The notes under the pieces are model-generated. The model did not search any database. It saw nothing but the letters and a program-made list of their open reading frames with translations, and had not been told where the DNA came from. The position numbers and the translations under genes were made by a program. From positions 2,151-66,150 of the forward strand of contig JBGSUL010000002.1 in the NCBI GenBank assembly GCA_041736155.1: a stretch of 64,000 nucleotides of DNA, read 5' to 3'. The number at the start of each line of letters is the position of its first letter. Position 1 is the first letter of the stretch. The stretch is from Bdellovibrionales bacterium (GTDB taxonomy: Bacteria > Bdellovibrionota > Bdellovibrionia > Bdellovibrionales > JAGQZY01). Of the stretch, positions 18,476 to 27,576 are shown one piece after another.

Positions 18476-19099
18476 TCACAGTTTTTTCAATTTGCTTTTT
18501 GCGGTGTCCGCTTCCTTGGATTTAGGATATTTTTCGACCACTTCCTTGAAGAAAACTTTGGCGTCGTCTTTCAAACCCATGTTTTGAAAGCATAAAGCAA
18601 TCTTCAGTGTCGCTTCGGCGTATTCTTTGCCCTTGGGATTGCTTTTTCGGTATTCCTCAAAAGCCAGAATGGCATCTTCCCATTTTTTGTCGTTAAAAAG
18701 TTTTGTGGCCGCCGTCATCGGCGTTGTTTCCGATTTTTTATTAAAAAGAGCACGCTCATCGCTGCTTAACATCAGCGCTTCTTTTTTGGCCTTGGCGTTG
18801 AGCTCAGAAACTGTTGTTTTTAATAAATTGAGCTCTGTTTCTGTTTGCGCAAGACGTGTTTCCAAAGCTTTCACACGCTCGCTGTCCTTGACCTGATTCA
18901 CTTGATTTTCCACAGCTTCAATTCGGCCATAGAGTTCGCGGAACTCACGATCTTTATCTTCTTTTTGTACGGCGGCATCGGCCGCCGTTTTTTGTTGAGC
19001 TGTCACTGTGGGCTCGTTGCGTAGAGCAGAGCGCGTTTGCAAACACCCGGTGAGAACAAAAAATGCCGAAAGCACAAACAAGATACTTTTTTTATTCAT
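18476..19099 (-). CDS. cpoB: Tol-Pal system protein CpoB/YbgF-like lipoprotein (coiled coil plus C-terminal TPR)
   Basis: Preferred ATG at 19099 (MNKKSILFVLSAFFVLTGC lipobox). Central coiled coil and a C-terminal TPR-like region (YAEATLKIALCFQNMGLKDDAKVFFKEVVEKYPKS). It follows pal. Confidence 0.7.
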   Translation of the reverse strand: MNKKSILFVLSAFFVLTGCLQTRSALRNEPTVTAQQKTAADAAVQKEDKDREFRELYGRIEAVENQVNQVKDSERVKALETRLAQTETELNLLKTTVSELNAKAKKEALMLSSDERALFNKKSETTPMTAATKLFNDKKWEDAILAFEEYRKSNPKGKEYAEATLKIALCFQNMGLKDDAKVFFKEVVEKYPKSKEADTAKSKLKKL

Positions 19100-19406
19100 T
19101 GGAACCGTCACTGGATTCTCCTGATTTAAATTGTTTAAGGCGGGCGGCGCTTTCCGCCTTCTCGGCTAACTTTTGGCTATACAAAAAAGCCTCGCGAGCT
19201 CCGCTATAATCCTTCTCTTTATACAATTTTTCAGCATTTTTATAGGCTTTTTCGGCCTTATAGAACAATTGGGGGGCATATTTAGCAGATTCGGCTGCCA
19301 AAGCGGCCTCGTAGGCGCTTTTGGCAATAGTGTACTCCTGTATGGGAATGGTGGTACTCACACAGGAGCTCAAAATTAAAAATACAAAAAGACGCAGAAA
19401 CTGCAT
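19092..19406 (-). CDS. Small lipoprotein, DUF4398-like
   Basis: 104 aa. Lipobox ILSSC, then helical repeats (SAKYAPQLFYKAEKAYKNAEKLYKEKDYSGAREAF) typical of DUF4398 proteins found next to OmpA/Pal genes. Confidence 0.55.
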   Translation of the reverse strand: MQFLRLFVFLILSSCVSTTIPIQEYTIAKSAYEAALAAESAKYAPQLFYKAEKAYKNAEKLYKEKDYSGAREAFLYSQKLAEKAESAARLKQFKSGESSDGSNE

Positions 19407-19417
19407 CGGGCTGTGCT

Positions 19418-19930
19418 TTACTTAATCGGCGCAAAGTTGGCGCGGCGGTTTTTTGCGTTATCTGCTTCCGTATCGCCTAAAGCCAAAAGTTTTTCTTCGC
19501 CCCAGCTAATTGTGCTTACATGAGCGACGTCGATGCCCAATCCTTTAAGATACGCTTTCACCACTTCCGCACGGCGTGATCCTAAAGAACGATTGTACTC
19601 ATCGGAACCGCGAGAATCACAATGCCCTTCGATTTGCAAATTCACGGTGGGATTGCTTTTAATCCACTCCGCATTTTTTGCCAATAAAGCTTTAGCTTCT
19701 TCGTTTAATGAAGAACTATTGTAGGCAAAATTCACTGTTGTTAAACCGGGGATTCCTCCGCAATCGCTCCCACAGGGATCGAGGGAAAGATCGCGATTTT
19801 GTACGTCAGCTTGATTTAAATTGGCACCATCGGCCGCCAGTGCCGCATCGGTTTCCACCGCAGGTTTTTTGCTAGAACAACCAGCAACAAATAAAATCGC
19901 AAGGCCTATGAAAAGACTTTTACGCAGCAT
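19418..19930 (-). CDS. pal: Peptidoglycan-associated lipoprotein Pal (OmpA C-terminal domain)
   Basis: Preferred ATG at 19930 (AGGAGG SD; MLRKSLFIGLAILFVAGC lipobox). OmpA-like motif GHCDSRGSDEYNRSLGSRRAEVV. Confidence 0.8.
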   Translation of the reverse strand: MLRKSLFIGLAILFVAGCSSKKPAVETDAALAADGANLNQADVQNRDLSLDPCGSDCGGIPGLTTVNFAYNSSSLNEEAKALLAKNAEWIKSNPTVNLQIEGHCDSRGSDEYNRSLGSRRAEVVKAYLKGLGIDVAHVSTISWGEEKLLALGDTEADNAKNRRANFAPIK

Positions 19931-20058
19931 AGATGAATCCTCCTTGTGTGGCCGAGGCATCGCACCTTGGCTTGTATAGTCGTTTGTTATTTCAATAATT
20001 TTATACCCTCTTGTCAAGAGCGATTGCTTCTTCAAAAAAATCATCGTCTACTTATCAC

Positions 20059-22914
20059 ATGAAATTTTTCTGCCTTTTTTTTAATGTTTTTTTCATTTTA
20101 TCAACAGCAGCGGCACAAGTGGACCCAGCAATTCACTGGAAAGTGCAAGAGGACGACCATGCGGTGTGGATCTACGATCAACGCCATCGTGATTTGGTCA
20201 AACAATACGCAAAACAGTTCCGTCGCCTCTATCCCGAGATCCAGAAGCTCTTTCACGAGGTGCCTCCAAAAACGACTTTTGTGATTGCCGACATCACCGA
20301 TCGCCCCAACGGGTCAGCCACGGTTTTCCCTTACCCGATGATCACCATCTATCCGGTGATACCTTTGCCAAATTCACCCATTGGCGAAACCGACGATTCC
20401 TTCTATGAAATCCTCGCCCATGAGTACACTCACATTCTCAATTTATATCCAGTGCATGGCGGCATGCGAGCCCTCAGTTATGTTTTTGGCTCTATTGTTC
20501 GTCCTAACGGCTACCTCCCGCGCTGGTATACCGAAGGTTTAGCGGTTTTCACCGAGTCCTACTTTAATCCGCAAGGGGGACGGCTGCGCTCGCAAAATTT
20601 TGAAGGCATGGTGCGCGCGCTTCATCAAGATAAGAGTTGGAACAAATACAGCATTGATACGCTCAATGATTCGGAGCCTGATTGGATCGGCGGACGACGC
20701 GCCTATCTTTTGGGTGGCGCGCTGATGTACGAAGTGGCCACCACTCCCGGCTTGAGCAATGTGGATGCCCTCAATCAAGATTACTCTCGCCGCCTTCCCT
20801 ATTTTATCAATGGGCCTGTCACTGAGCGCACACAAAAAGATTATGAAGATTTACTCAGCTCCACTTACGCACGCCTCGACACGCGTGCAGAGATGCAACA
20901 AAAACTCATTCTGACCGCCCCCGTCAGTCAAGGGGCCCGTTTAGATCAAGAGGGATTTTACAACTATCGCCCCGTGATTTCTCCCGATGGGCAGTGGATG
21001 GTTTTGATTTCGCGCGCGTCCAACGTACCCTCGTCACTCTTGTTGATGAAGCGCGATGCGCAAGGACGCTTTCATCACTCTACAGCCCAGCAAATTGCTT
21101 TTGCCGTGGATATCAGCGATGTGACTTGGTCGCCGGATTCACAAAAAATTGTTTATAACAGTGTGGAAAACTATCATCGCTTTTATGAGTTTAGCGATCT
21201 GCGCGCTTACGATGTGAAAGAACAAAAAAGCTCACGCCTGACTTTCGGGGCCCGTGCCGGTGACATGGGTTTTTCGCGCGATGGGAAAAAGATTTATTTT
21301 GTGCAGAACATTGCGGGAGCGAAACGACTCAGCGAATGGGATTTGGATAAAAAATCTTTGCGCGTACTTTATACTCCAGAGCGTTTAGGTTCCCACTTGT
21401 TCAGTGTTTTTGCCGATGACACTTCCGTCTATTTTTTCGAACAATTGGGAGAAAATCGTCAGATCAAATCTTTGAATCTCGCGAGCAAAGAAGTTACCCC
21501 TCTTTTCCCCGCATCCAAGGTTTCTTTTTTGCGTCCTTCGCGGGGCGGTTATCTTTTCACGTCCTCCGTCTCTGGCGTGGACAATCTTTATTGGACCGAC
21601 AAACTCGATAATATTAAAACCGGACTCAATATTAAACCCCTCACCAACTCGCTAACGCGTGTTTTAGACGGTGCTATTGATCCGCACGATAATGCCCTTT
21701 ATTACTCTGAGCAAAAAGGCGATGGTTATTTTCTCTTGTATCTTGCCGACGCCGATGTAAAAAAAATAACGACGGTTCCTACCGTACCGCCGCTGATGGA
21801 GATCCCGTCTTTTCAAAAACCTCCGGAAGTTCAAGACAGCGCCACTTTTTGGAATGAAAAGGAAGAAAACTTTTCTCCATGGCCTTATTTATTACCACGA
21901 TACTGGATGCCTTTTGCCAACGTTCTCGATGGCGGTATCAGTTTTCAGGCGAGCACCGGTGCCAGTGATCCCCTCGGAAAAAACAGTTACAGCCTCATGG
22001 CGGAGTGGGACACTCTCACAACAAAAACGGGCGTGACCGCAGGATACGTCAACACCTCGACGCCAGTGGCACTGGGTGTTTCGGGAAGCCAAATGTACCG
22101 TTACAATTATTCTAACAAAACCAGTCTGCGCGACTCTTCGGGCACACTCTCCGCCTCTTATAATATCCCTTTTATGTTTCGCAATTGGACCTTGGGGGTC
22201 AATTGGAAGGTGTCCGAAACCGAATTCACCACCACTACCTATCGCCGCCAAGGGCCCTCTGCCACGATTGGTTTTAACAACGCTATTCAACGAGGATATG
22301 AAATCTCTCCCGAAACGGGCATGGGATTTTCTTTAAGTCATCAAGCCTACATCGAAAGCCTTGGCAATTTGGGTTACAATAAAACCAATATCAATTTAAA
22401 AACCTACTTCTCGCGTTGGCTACCAACACACAACGTGCTTTTTTTCCAATTGAACGGTACCTATGCGCCTGAACTGAAGACCACGGGATTTTACACCAGT
22501 ACGCTGAACGGAAACTTTTTTAACAACTTGCTGATTCCGCCGTTTTTAGTGCGTGGTTACAACTCGGGAACCATTCTCGGTAAAAATATGCTCTCGGGAA
22601 ATTTGGAATACCGTTTTCCTATCGCTCGTATTTTTAGCGGTTGGGATACCATTCCGTTCTTCATCAAACGTATCCATGGCGCCATGGTGGCCGATGCCGT
22701 CAGTTTTGATGGCGGCCGTTACAGCGTGAGCCATGCCGGGTTTATTCCCGAGCGTTTTGGCGACGAATGGTATGTGGGTTACGGTGCCGAACTCAATGCC
22801 GAGTGCACGCTGGGCTATTATTTACCAGTGACTTTGAGTTTTGGCGTTTACCGCGGCGCCAACCGCGATCTCGCCACTGATGATGTCAGCTACTTTTTTG
22901 TATTTAAATTTTAA
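20059..22914 (+). CDS. Outer-membrane protein: N-terminal HExxH (peptidase-MA-like) domain, PD40/TolB-like beta-propeller repeats, and a C-terminal Omp85-type beta-barrel
   Basis: Preferred ATG at 20059 (MKFFCLFFNVFFILSTAAA signal). HEYTH at 20419-20433. PD40-like repeats: ISPDGQWMVLIS, WSPDSQKIVYNS, FSRDGKKIYFVQ. Omp85 loop-6 motif VRGY at 22549-22560, followed by GNLEYRFPI. C-terminal FVFKF. Confidence 0.75.
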   Translation: MKFFCLFFNVFFILSTAAAQVDPAIHWKVQEDDHAVWIYDQRHRDLVKQYAKQFRRLYPEIQKLFHEVPPKTTFVIADITDRPNGSATVFPYPMITIYPVIPLPNSPIGETDDSFYEILAHEYTHILNLYPVHGGMRALSYVFGSIVRPNGYLPRWYTEGLAVFTESYFNPQGGRLRSQNFEGMVRALHQDKSWNKYSIDTLNDSEPDWIGGRRAYLLGGALMYEVATTPGLSNVDALNQDYSRRLPYFINGPVTERTQKDYEDLLSSTYARLDTRAEMQQKLILTAPVSQGARLDQEGFYNYRPVISPDGQWMVLISRASNVPSSLLLMKRDAQGRFHHSTAQQIAFAVDISDVTWSPDSQKIVYNSVENYHRFYEFSDLRAYDVKEQKSSRLTFGARAGDMGFSRDGKKIYFVQNIAGAKRLSEWDLDKKSLRVLYTPERLGSHLFSVFADDTSVYFFEQLGENRQIKSLNLASKEVTPLFPASKVSFLRPSRGGYLFTSSVSGVDNLYWTDKLDNIKTGLNIKPLTNSLTRVLDGAIDPHDNALYYSEQKGDGYFLLYLADADVKKITTVPTVPPLMEIPSFQKPPEVQDSATFWNEKEENFSPWPYLLPRYWMPFANVLDGGISFQASTGASDPLGKNSYSLMAEWDTLTTKTGVTAGYVNTSTPVALGVSGSQMYRYNYSNKTSLRDSSGTLSASYNIPFMFRNWTLGVNWKVSETEFTTTTYRRQGPSATIGFNNAIQRGYEISPETGMGFSLSHQAYIESLGNLGYNKTNINLKTYFSRWLPTHNVLFFQLNGTYAPELKTTGFYTSTLNGNFFNNLLIPPFLVRGYNSGTILGKNMLSGNLEYRFPIARIFSGWDTIPFFIKRIHGAMVADAVSFDGGRYSVSHAGFIPERFGDEWYVGYGAELNAECTLGYYLPVTLSFGVYRGANRDLATDDVSYFFVFKF

Positions 22915-22923
22915 GGCTTTTGA

Positions 22924-23607
22924 ATGAAGAAATTTTGGATTCCTTTTCTTTTACTTATCAGCTCGTGCTCTTCGCTAGATAAAAAGGTCGACATCGCGAA
23001 TTGTTTGCAAAGCCCAGCAGCGCAAACCCAGGCTAGCCAAGAACTTTTGCAAATGAAGGACCAGGATCAAAAAGTGCGCACGCAAGCTTGGGACAAAATG
23101 AATGTGTCCACACTGGTAAAAGAAGATCAACAGCGCCGTGCACGCACGCAACAAATGGCTGATGCCCACTGTTTGTCTACAGCGCAAGATTATGCCTATG
23201 CCGCTTTGATTTTTCAGCACGGAGAATCATCGCATGATTATCATCAAGCTTTGCAATGGGGGTTAAAATCTCTCGAGCTGAGCCCGTCTTCACAAAATAC
23301 ACTTTTTATGAAATCTCTACTCACGGCCATTGCCGATCGGTATTTGGTCTCTATTGGGCAACAACAGATTTTTGGTACACAGTATTCCCGCCCCGATGGG
23401 AGCGATGAATGGTGTAAACAACCCGTGCAAAAAGGGGTTCCTGAAAAATTTCGTGAAGAATGGTTGGGCCAATCACTTCAAAGCTACGAAACCATGTTGA
23501 AAAAAACTTTTCCTATCACGCAAGAGGAAATTCTGGTGTGTAAAGTGGGCGCTGGTAAGTTAGCCCTCAAACCCACTCCGCGAGGAACACTTCCTCCGTT
23601 ATGGTAG
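22924..23607 (+). CDS. Hypothetical lipoprotein
   Basis: 227 aa. Lipobox LLISSC. Starts 10 nt after the preceding gene. Confidence 0.6.
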   Translation: MKKFWIPFLLLISSCSSLDKKVDIANCLQSPAAQTQASQELLQMKDQDQKVRTQAWDKMNVSTLVKEDQQRRARTQQMADAHCLSTAQDYAYAALIFQHGESSHDYHQALQWGLKSLELSPSSQNTLFMKSLLTAIADRYLVSIGQQQIFGTQYSRPDGSDEWCKQPVQKGVPEKFREEWLGQSLQSYETMLKKTFPITQEEILVCKVGAGKLALKPTPRGTLPPLW

Positions 23608-23735
23608 GCTCATCCGCCTTAAATATTCGTTAACCGTCTACCTCCTGATCTGTAAAGCCTTCGACGCGTTCCCGTGTTTCTCTTGTTTGCATGTAGACTT
23701 TTCGTCACGGCTTAGCCTGGCGAAAAGGAGTACTT

Positions 23736-24119
23736 ATGAATGGAATAAATAAAATCTTTCTGGCGGGAAACATCGCGCGCAAGCCGGCCCTCCATAAAAA
23801 CAAAAATGGGAAGGTGTTTTCGTTTTTAAAAATGGCCACCAATCGTTTTTCTTACAAAGAGGGTCAATGGGATAAAAAAACCGATTGGCACTCGATCCTG
23901 GTTTGGGGGAAAAAGGCCGAACTGTGCGAACGTTTTTTGGACAAGGGCACACCGCTCGCCATTGAAGGTTTTTTGGAAAACTCGGAGGAGGACAAAACCT
24001 TTATCATTGCCGAAGATGTGCATTTCCTCGGGGTACGAACCTCCGACAATGGCCTCTCGAGCACTGACGAGTCTTCACCCAAAGACGGACACGAAGAAAA
24101 AGACGCTTATCCCTTCTAA
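23736..24119 (+). CDS. ssb: Single-stranded DNA-binding protein (short form)
   Basis: OB-fold N-terminus (INKIFLAGNIARKPAL...WHSILVWGKKAE...GTPLAIEGFL) and an acidic C-terminus ending DAYPF (canonical tail is DDDIPF). GGAG SD. Confidence 0.8.
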   Translation: MNGINKIFLAGNIARKPALHKNKNGKVFSFLKMATNRFSYKEGQWDKKTDWHSILVWGKKAELCERFLDKGTPLAIEGFLENSEEDKTFIIAEDVHFLGVRTSDNGLSSTDESSPKDGHEEKDAYPF

Positions 24120-24198
24120 AGTTTGCTTCACCACGCAGGAAAAGGGCCTTCGACCGTTGAGAAGGCCCCGATCTCTGCGTCGGCAGCTGCCTCCTCTC

Positions 24199-24226
24199 TT
24201 GACAAGTTTCGCTGCTTCGATAGTAT
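24199..24226 (+). promoter_or_regulatory. Sigma-70-like promoter candidate for 24268..24768
   Basis: TTGACA (24199-24204), a 16-nt spacer, then TAGTAT (24221-24226), about 40 nt upstream of the ATG. Confidence 0.4.
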
Positions 24227-24267
24227 AGAAATAGCGCTCTGTGTTGTTTTTTCGAGGAGGGGTCTTC

Positions 24268-24768
24268 ATGGATAAAATTACTTGGATTAAAGATCTGGTT
24301 CGTGCCGAACAGGATATGGAAGAATCGGGAATGATCGATTTTAATGCCGGGTTTGATCCGCAAAAACTTCTTTCTGAAGAATCCATGCAGTTCCTCAACG
24401 ACCTCAAAGTGAGCTTTGTCGATACGGTGACCACGTTCAATCAATTGAAGAGCTCTCCACTCGGTCGTATCAAGATTTACGGCATTTCCAATACCGAAGC
24501 CGACTTTATGTTGTTCCGCAATGGCTTTAAACTTGTTTTCTCTCTCAAAAAACCAGGTCTTATCTCGATCCGCTTTTTGTATGTGGGCGCGAGCTTTGTT
24601 CCAGGCATGGCTAGCAAAGATCAAGATGTGGATCCTTCGGAAGATCAGCTCATCGCAAAATGGGGTCCTTTTGGTGACCTTGTATGGACCTACAACGACC
24701 AGTCGCTCAAGATCGACTTCCTGGTTCGTTATTACATGTCTCGTTTTATCAAAGAAAGCGCGAAGTAA
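24268..24768 (+). CDS. Hypothetical protein
   Basis: ATG at 24268 preceded by GAGGAGG. The ORF-track GTG at 24241 has no SD. No family recognised. Confidence 0.6.
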   Translation: MDKITWIKDLVRAEQDMEESGMIDFNAGFDPQKLLSEESMQFLNDLKVSFVDTVTTFNQLKSSPLGRIKIYGISNTEADFMLFRNGFKLVFSLKKPGLISIRFLYVGASFVPGMASKDQDVDPSEDQLIAKWGPFGDLVWTYNDQSLKIDFLVRYYMSRFIKESAK

Positions 24769-24791
24769 AAAAAAGGTACGCCGTACCTTTT
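24769..24791 (+). terminator. Weak intrinsic-terminator-like hairpin
   Basis: A-run, GGTAC-gcc-GTACC, then TTTT, directly after the stop at 24766-24768. Confidence 0.4.
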
Positions 24792-24861
24792 CGGGACGCG
24801 CTGCGTGTGAAAAAGTGCGTGGCACCTCTTAGTGCTAAACCGCTCCTTTTCATTTTATTAT

Positions 24862-25080
24862 CTAAACGACAATCAGTTGCGGTGGGTCTACGGAAATGAG
24901 GCGCATGGAGATCACCGCGCCTTCGCGGAATTTTTGTTGGCTGGAATTTTGGACACGAATTAAATCACCTTCAAAACTCACAATCCAACTATCCCCATCG
25001 ATATGCTCAATGACTTTCACGGGGATGACATCCCCTTGTCGATAGCGTGAACGAATCTTTTGGTGAGCACGTAAAATCAT
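24862..25080 (-). CDS. Small hypothetical protein
   Basis: 72-aa ORF lying 15 nt downstream of the preceding same-strand gene. No family recognised. Confidence 0.4.
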   Translation of the reverse strand: MILRAHQKIRSRYRQGDVIPVKVIEHIDGDSWIVSFEGDLIRVQNSSQQKFREGAVISMRLISVDPPQLIVV

Positions 25081-25095
25081 ACCAAAACCTATGGC

Positions 25096-25815
25096 TTAAG
25101 TGATCTCGTCGACGTTTTTAAACTGATAAGCAACCACGCTGGGTTGTGGCGGATTCTGTTTGCTTTCTTGCGCTTGCAACTTGTGTTCGAAGTCTTTGCA
25201 AGCCTTCTTAAACTCTTCACCCATTTTTTCTAGAGAGGTGATATCGACATGAGGTGCTGTAAATAATTGTGGATTGGCTTCAACAGGATGTCTATCTACC
25301 CAGGCGGGTAAATGATCTTCGGAGAACATTAATTGTTCGCGGTTGAGTTTGACGATAAGGTCCAACTCTGCCGGCGGAAGATCGGTTTGCTTTTGAATAT
25401 CCTGCATGCTGAGACCTTGATGAGCCATGCGAGCGGCGTTGATATATTTATTGGTGAGTTTTCTTTCCATGATTTGCTCATGGGGAACTTGCTCTTGAAA
25501 GATGTGTGAAACTTCGAGAGTTTTATTCAACGAGTTGTCGATGCGCATGAGTTGTGAATCGGCGTCTTTTACTTTTTGTTGCAGGTCGCGCATTTTAGTT
25601 TCCAGCAGAACGACCAGTTGCTTGACCTGGACTTCGGTTTTGTCGGAGAGATCCTCGAGCACCGCAATTTTATTTTGCAGAAGCTTGAGTCCGTAGCTGA
25701 GACGTGGGTCATCTTCGCGACGTCCTTTGATTTTTATAAAACAAAGTGCGAGTCCAGCGAGGAAGAGAAGATTGATAGCGACTTGGAAAATACCTAAAAT
25801 TGTCATCTCCTTCAT
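25096..25815 (-). CDS. Membrane-anchored coiled-coil protein, possibly DUF2802-like (flagellar-cluster associated)
   Basis: 239 aa with an N-terminal TM helix and a coiled coil. The segment AARMAHQGLSMQDIQKQTDLPPAELDLIVKLN resembles the DUF2802 C-terminal module. That family call comes from memory, not a search. Confidence 0.5.
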   Translation of the reverse strand: MKEMTILGIFQVAINLLFLAGLALCFIKIKGRREDDPRLSYGLKLLQNKIAVLEDLSDKTEVQVKQLVVLLETKMRDLQQKVKDADSQLMRIDNSLNKTLEVSHIFQEQVPHEQIMERKLTNKYINAARMAHQGLSMQDIQKQTDLPPAELDLIVKLNREQLMFSEDHLPAWVDRHPVEANPQLFTAPHVDITSLEKMGEEFKKACKDFEHKLQAQESKQNPPQPSVVAYQFKNVDEIT

Positions 25816-26099
25816 CGTATGACGTAAATCCCAGACTCACAATAGCTCCAGGCCTTAGTCGGGCGAGTGCACTACAGAGCACGACCAGTGACCAGCGACG
25901 TTGGTCGAGTGAGAACGCCTATCTAAACTTACAAACATCTTGATACTGTGGCACCTTCTGGATGCGCAAAATTAATCTGACTGCTGCTGGTAAAGTGGAA
26001 ATCGTAGGCGACATGGCCGGTAATGGCCCGGGTGGTGGCGTTCAAATTAAGTGCTTCTTACTCAAAGATATTTAATCAGCGACATCTTATAATGATAAT

Positions 26100-26129
26100 A
26101 AAAAAGCCCAGGTTCTCTGGGCTTTTTTT
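26100..26129 (-). terminator. Bidirectional rho-independent terminator downstream of the aminotransferase gene
   Basis: A6, GCCCAG-gttct-CTGGGC, T7. Confidence 0.75.
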
Positions 26130-26155
26130 ATCGCAGTCGCAAAAAGGTGCGTGGG

Positions 26156-27337
26156 TTATGCGAGTGCGGCTTTGATGCGAGAGACGGCGCCGTCGATGGA
26201 TTTTTTGTCGACGACGAAGCTGATACGAATACATTGGTCGTCGCCGAAATCATCGCCGGGGACGAGAACGACTTTTTGTTTTTCTAATAGCATTTGTGAG
26301 AAGTCTTTGCCTGTGGCTAAGCCTTTTTTCTTTAAGATTTCAGAAACGTTGATCCACAAGTAAAAAGCTCCATCCGGTTGCGTGATTTTCATGCCAGGAA
26401 TACTGGAGAATGCTTCGTACGCATACGCTGCGCGAGCGCGAAGCTCTTTGCGTGTTTCTACGAGATCAGGATCACATTGCAAAATTCCAGCTTGTGTTGC
26501 CTCTTGCGCGATAGAGCTGGGAGCGCCCATGGTTTGGCTCTGATAGCTGATCATGGCGTAGATCAACGACTTCTCACCTGCGGCCCAACCCATGCGCCAG
26601 CCGGTCATGGAATAAGCTTTGGAAGCCCCATTCACGCAGATCACACGATCGCGCAAATCAGGCGCCGCCTGCAGAAGATGCGGGCTGATGCCCTTTTCGC
26701 TAAAAGATAATTGGTTATAAATATCATCTGACACCACAGCCACTTGCGGATGACGACGAAGAACTTCAGCCAAACCTTTGAGATCGTCGAGAGTGTATTC
26801 CACGCCCGTCGGATTGCTCGGTGAGTTTAAAAGAAAAATCTTAGTGTTAGGATTAATCGCACGCTCAAGTTCCGCAGGTGTAATTTTTAATTTGTTTTCA
26901 AACTTCGTCGTCACAATGTTTGGGATACCACCCGCAAGCTCTACCATTTCGCTGTAGCTCGCCCAAAACGGCGCAGGAATAATCACTTCTTCACTGGGGT
27001 CGAGGAGCGCCGCAAAAGCGGAGAACGCTACGAACTTCGCACCCGACGTCACCGCAATTTCTGTGGCAGGATCATAAGTCTGCCCAGTGAGAGTTTTCAT
27101 TTGTTGTGCAATGGCTTTACGCAAATTGGGAGTCCCCTGCGAAGCCGTATACTTCGTCTTGCCATCACGGATGGCCTGAATCCCAGCATCACAAACTTTG
27201 CCGTAAGTTTGCCAATCCGGCTCACCCACTGTCAGAGAAATCACATCCTCCCCACGATCCTTCATCTCTTTGGCCTTCGCAGCCAACATGAGAGTGGGAG
27301 AGGGACGAAAATGACGCGCTTTTTGTGATAAGAACAT
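26156..27337 (-). CDS. Class I pyridoxal-phosphate-dependent (aspartate-type) aminotransferase
   Basis: 393 aa. PLP-lysine region NGASKAYSMTGWRMGW and typical NPSNPTG. Confidence 0.85.
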   Translation of the reverse strand: MFLSQKARHFRPSPTLMLAAKAKEMKDRGEDVISLTVGEPDWQTYGKVCDAGIQAIRDGKTKYTASQGTPNLRKAIAQQMKTLTGQTYDPATEIAVTSGAKFVAFSAFAALLDPSEEVIIPAPFWASYSEMVELAGGIPNIVTTKFENKLKITPAELERAINPNTKIFLLNSPSNPTGVEYTLDDLKGLAEVLRRHPQVAVVSDDIYNQLSFSEKGISPHLLQAAPDLRDRVICVNGASKAYSMTGWRMGWAAGEKSLIYAMISYQSQTMGAPSSIAQEATQAGILQCDPDLVETRKELRARAAYAYEAFSSIPGMKITQPDGAFYLWINVSEILKKKGLATGKDFSQMLLEKQKVVLVPGDDFGDDQCIRISFVVDKKSIDGAVSRIKAALA

Positions 27338-27400
27338 AGGTAACTCCTTGTATAGAACCTACTAATTACCCTCTAAGTACCCCCAGATTCAACGTCGTTT

Positions 27401-27573
27401 TCATCTTTTATTTTCCTTTTTAAAGAAAAACAGACAAAAAAGCGATATCGCGTGCGCGCGGGGCGTATCCGAGGCGCAGCATCGAAGATGATGCGACCCG
27501 AAGACGAGCCCGCGGCCGTCGAGCGCTATCGCTTTTTTGTCTGTTTTTCTTTAAAAAGGGAAATAAAAGATGA
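27401..27573. repeat. 173-bp palindrome: 47-bp AT-rich arms (46/47 complementary) around a GC-rich 79-nt centre
   Basis: The left arm 27401-27447 is the reverse complement of the right arm 27527-27573, with one mismatch. The centre is itself imperfectly self-complementary and is flanked by A6/T6. It starts 4 nt after the rsmD stop. Confidence 0.9.
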
Positions 27574-27576
27574 ATC

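Noticed and set aside
24004-24825. 273-aa ORF on the minus strand.
   Set aside because: It is fully antisense to ssb and to the 24268-24768 gene. It is Arg/Phe-rich with a shadow-ORF composition, has no SD and no recognisable motif. I treat it as a non-coding shadow frame.
24816-24835. A TGGCAC...GC sigma-54-like sequence. A second one lies at 25946-25962.
   Set aside because: The GG-to-GC spacing is 11 or 12 nt instead of 10, and no appropriately oriented gene lies downstream.
25962-26075. A 37-aa small ORF (MRKINLTAAGKVEIVGDMAGNGPGGGVQIKCFLLKDI) in the 340-bp gap upstream of the DUF2802-like gene.
   Set aside because: It has no SD, lies on the strand opposite the flanking genes, and carries no supporting motif.
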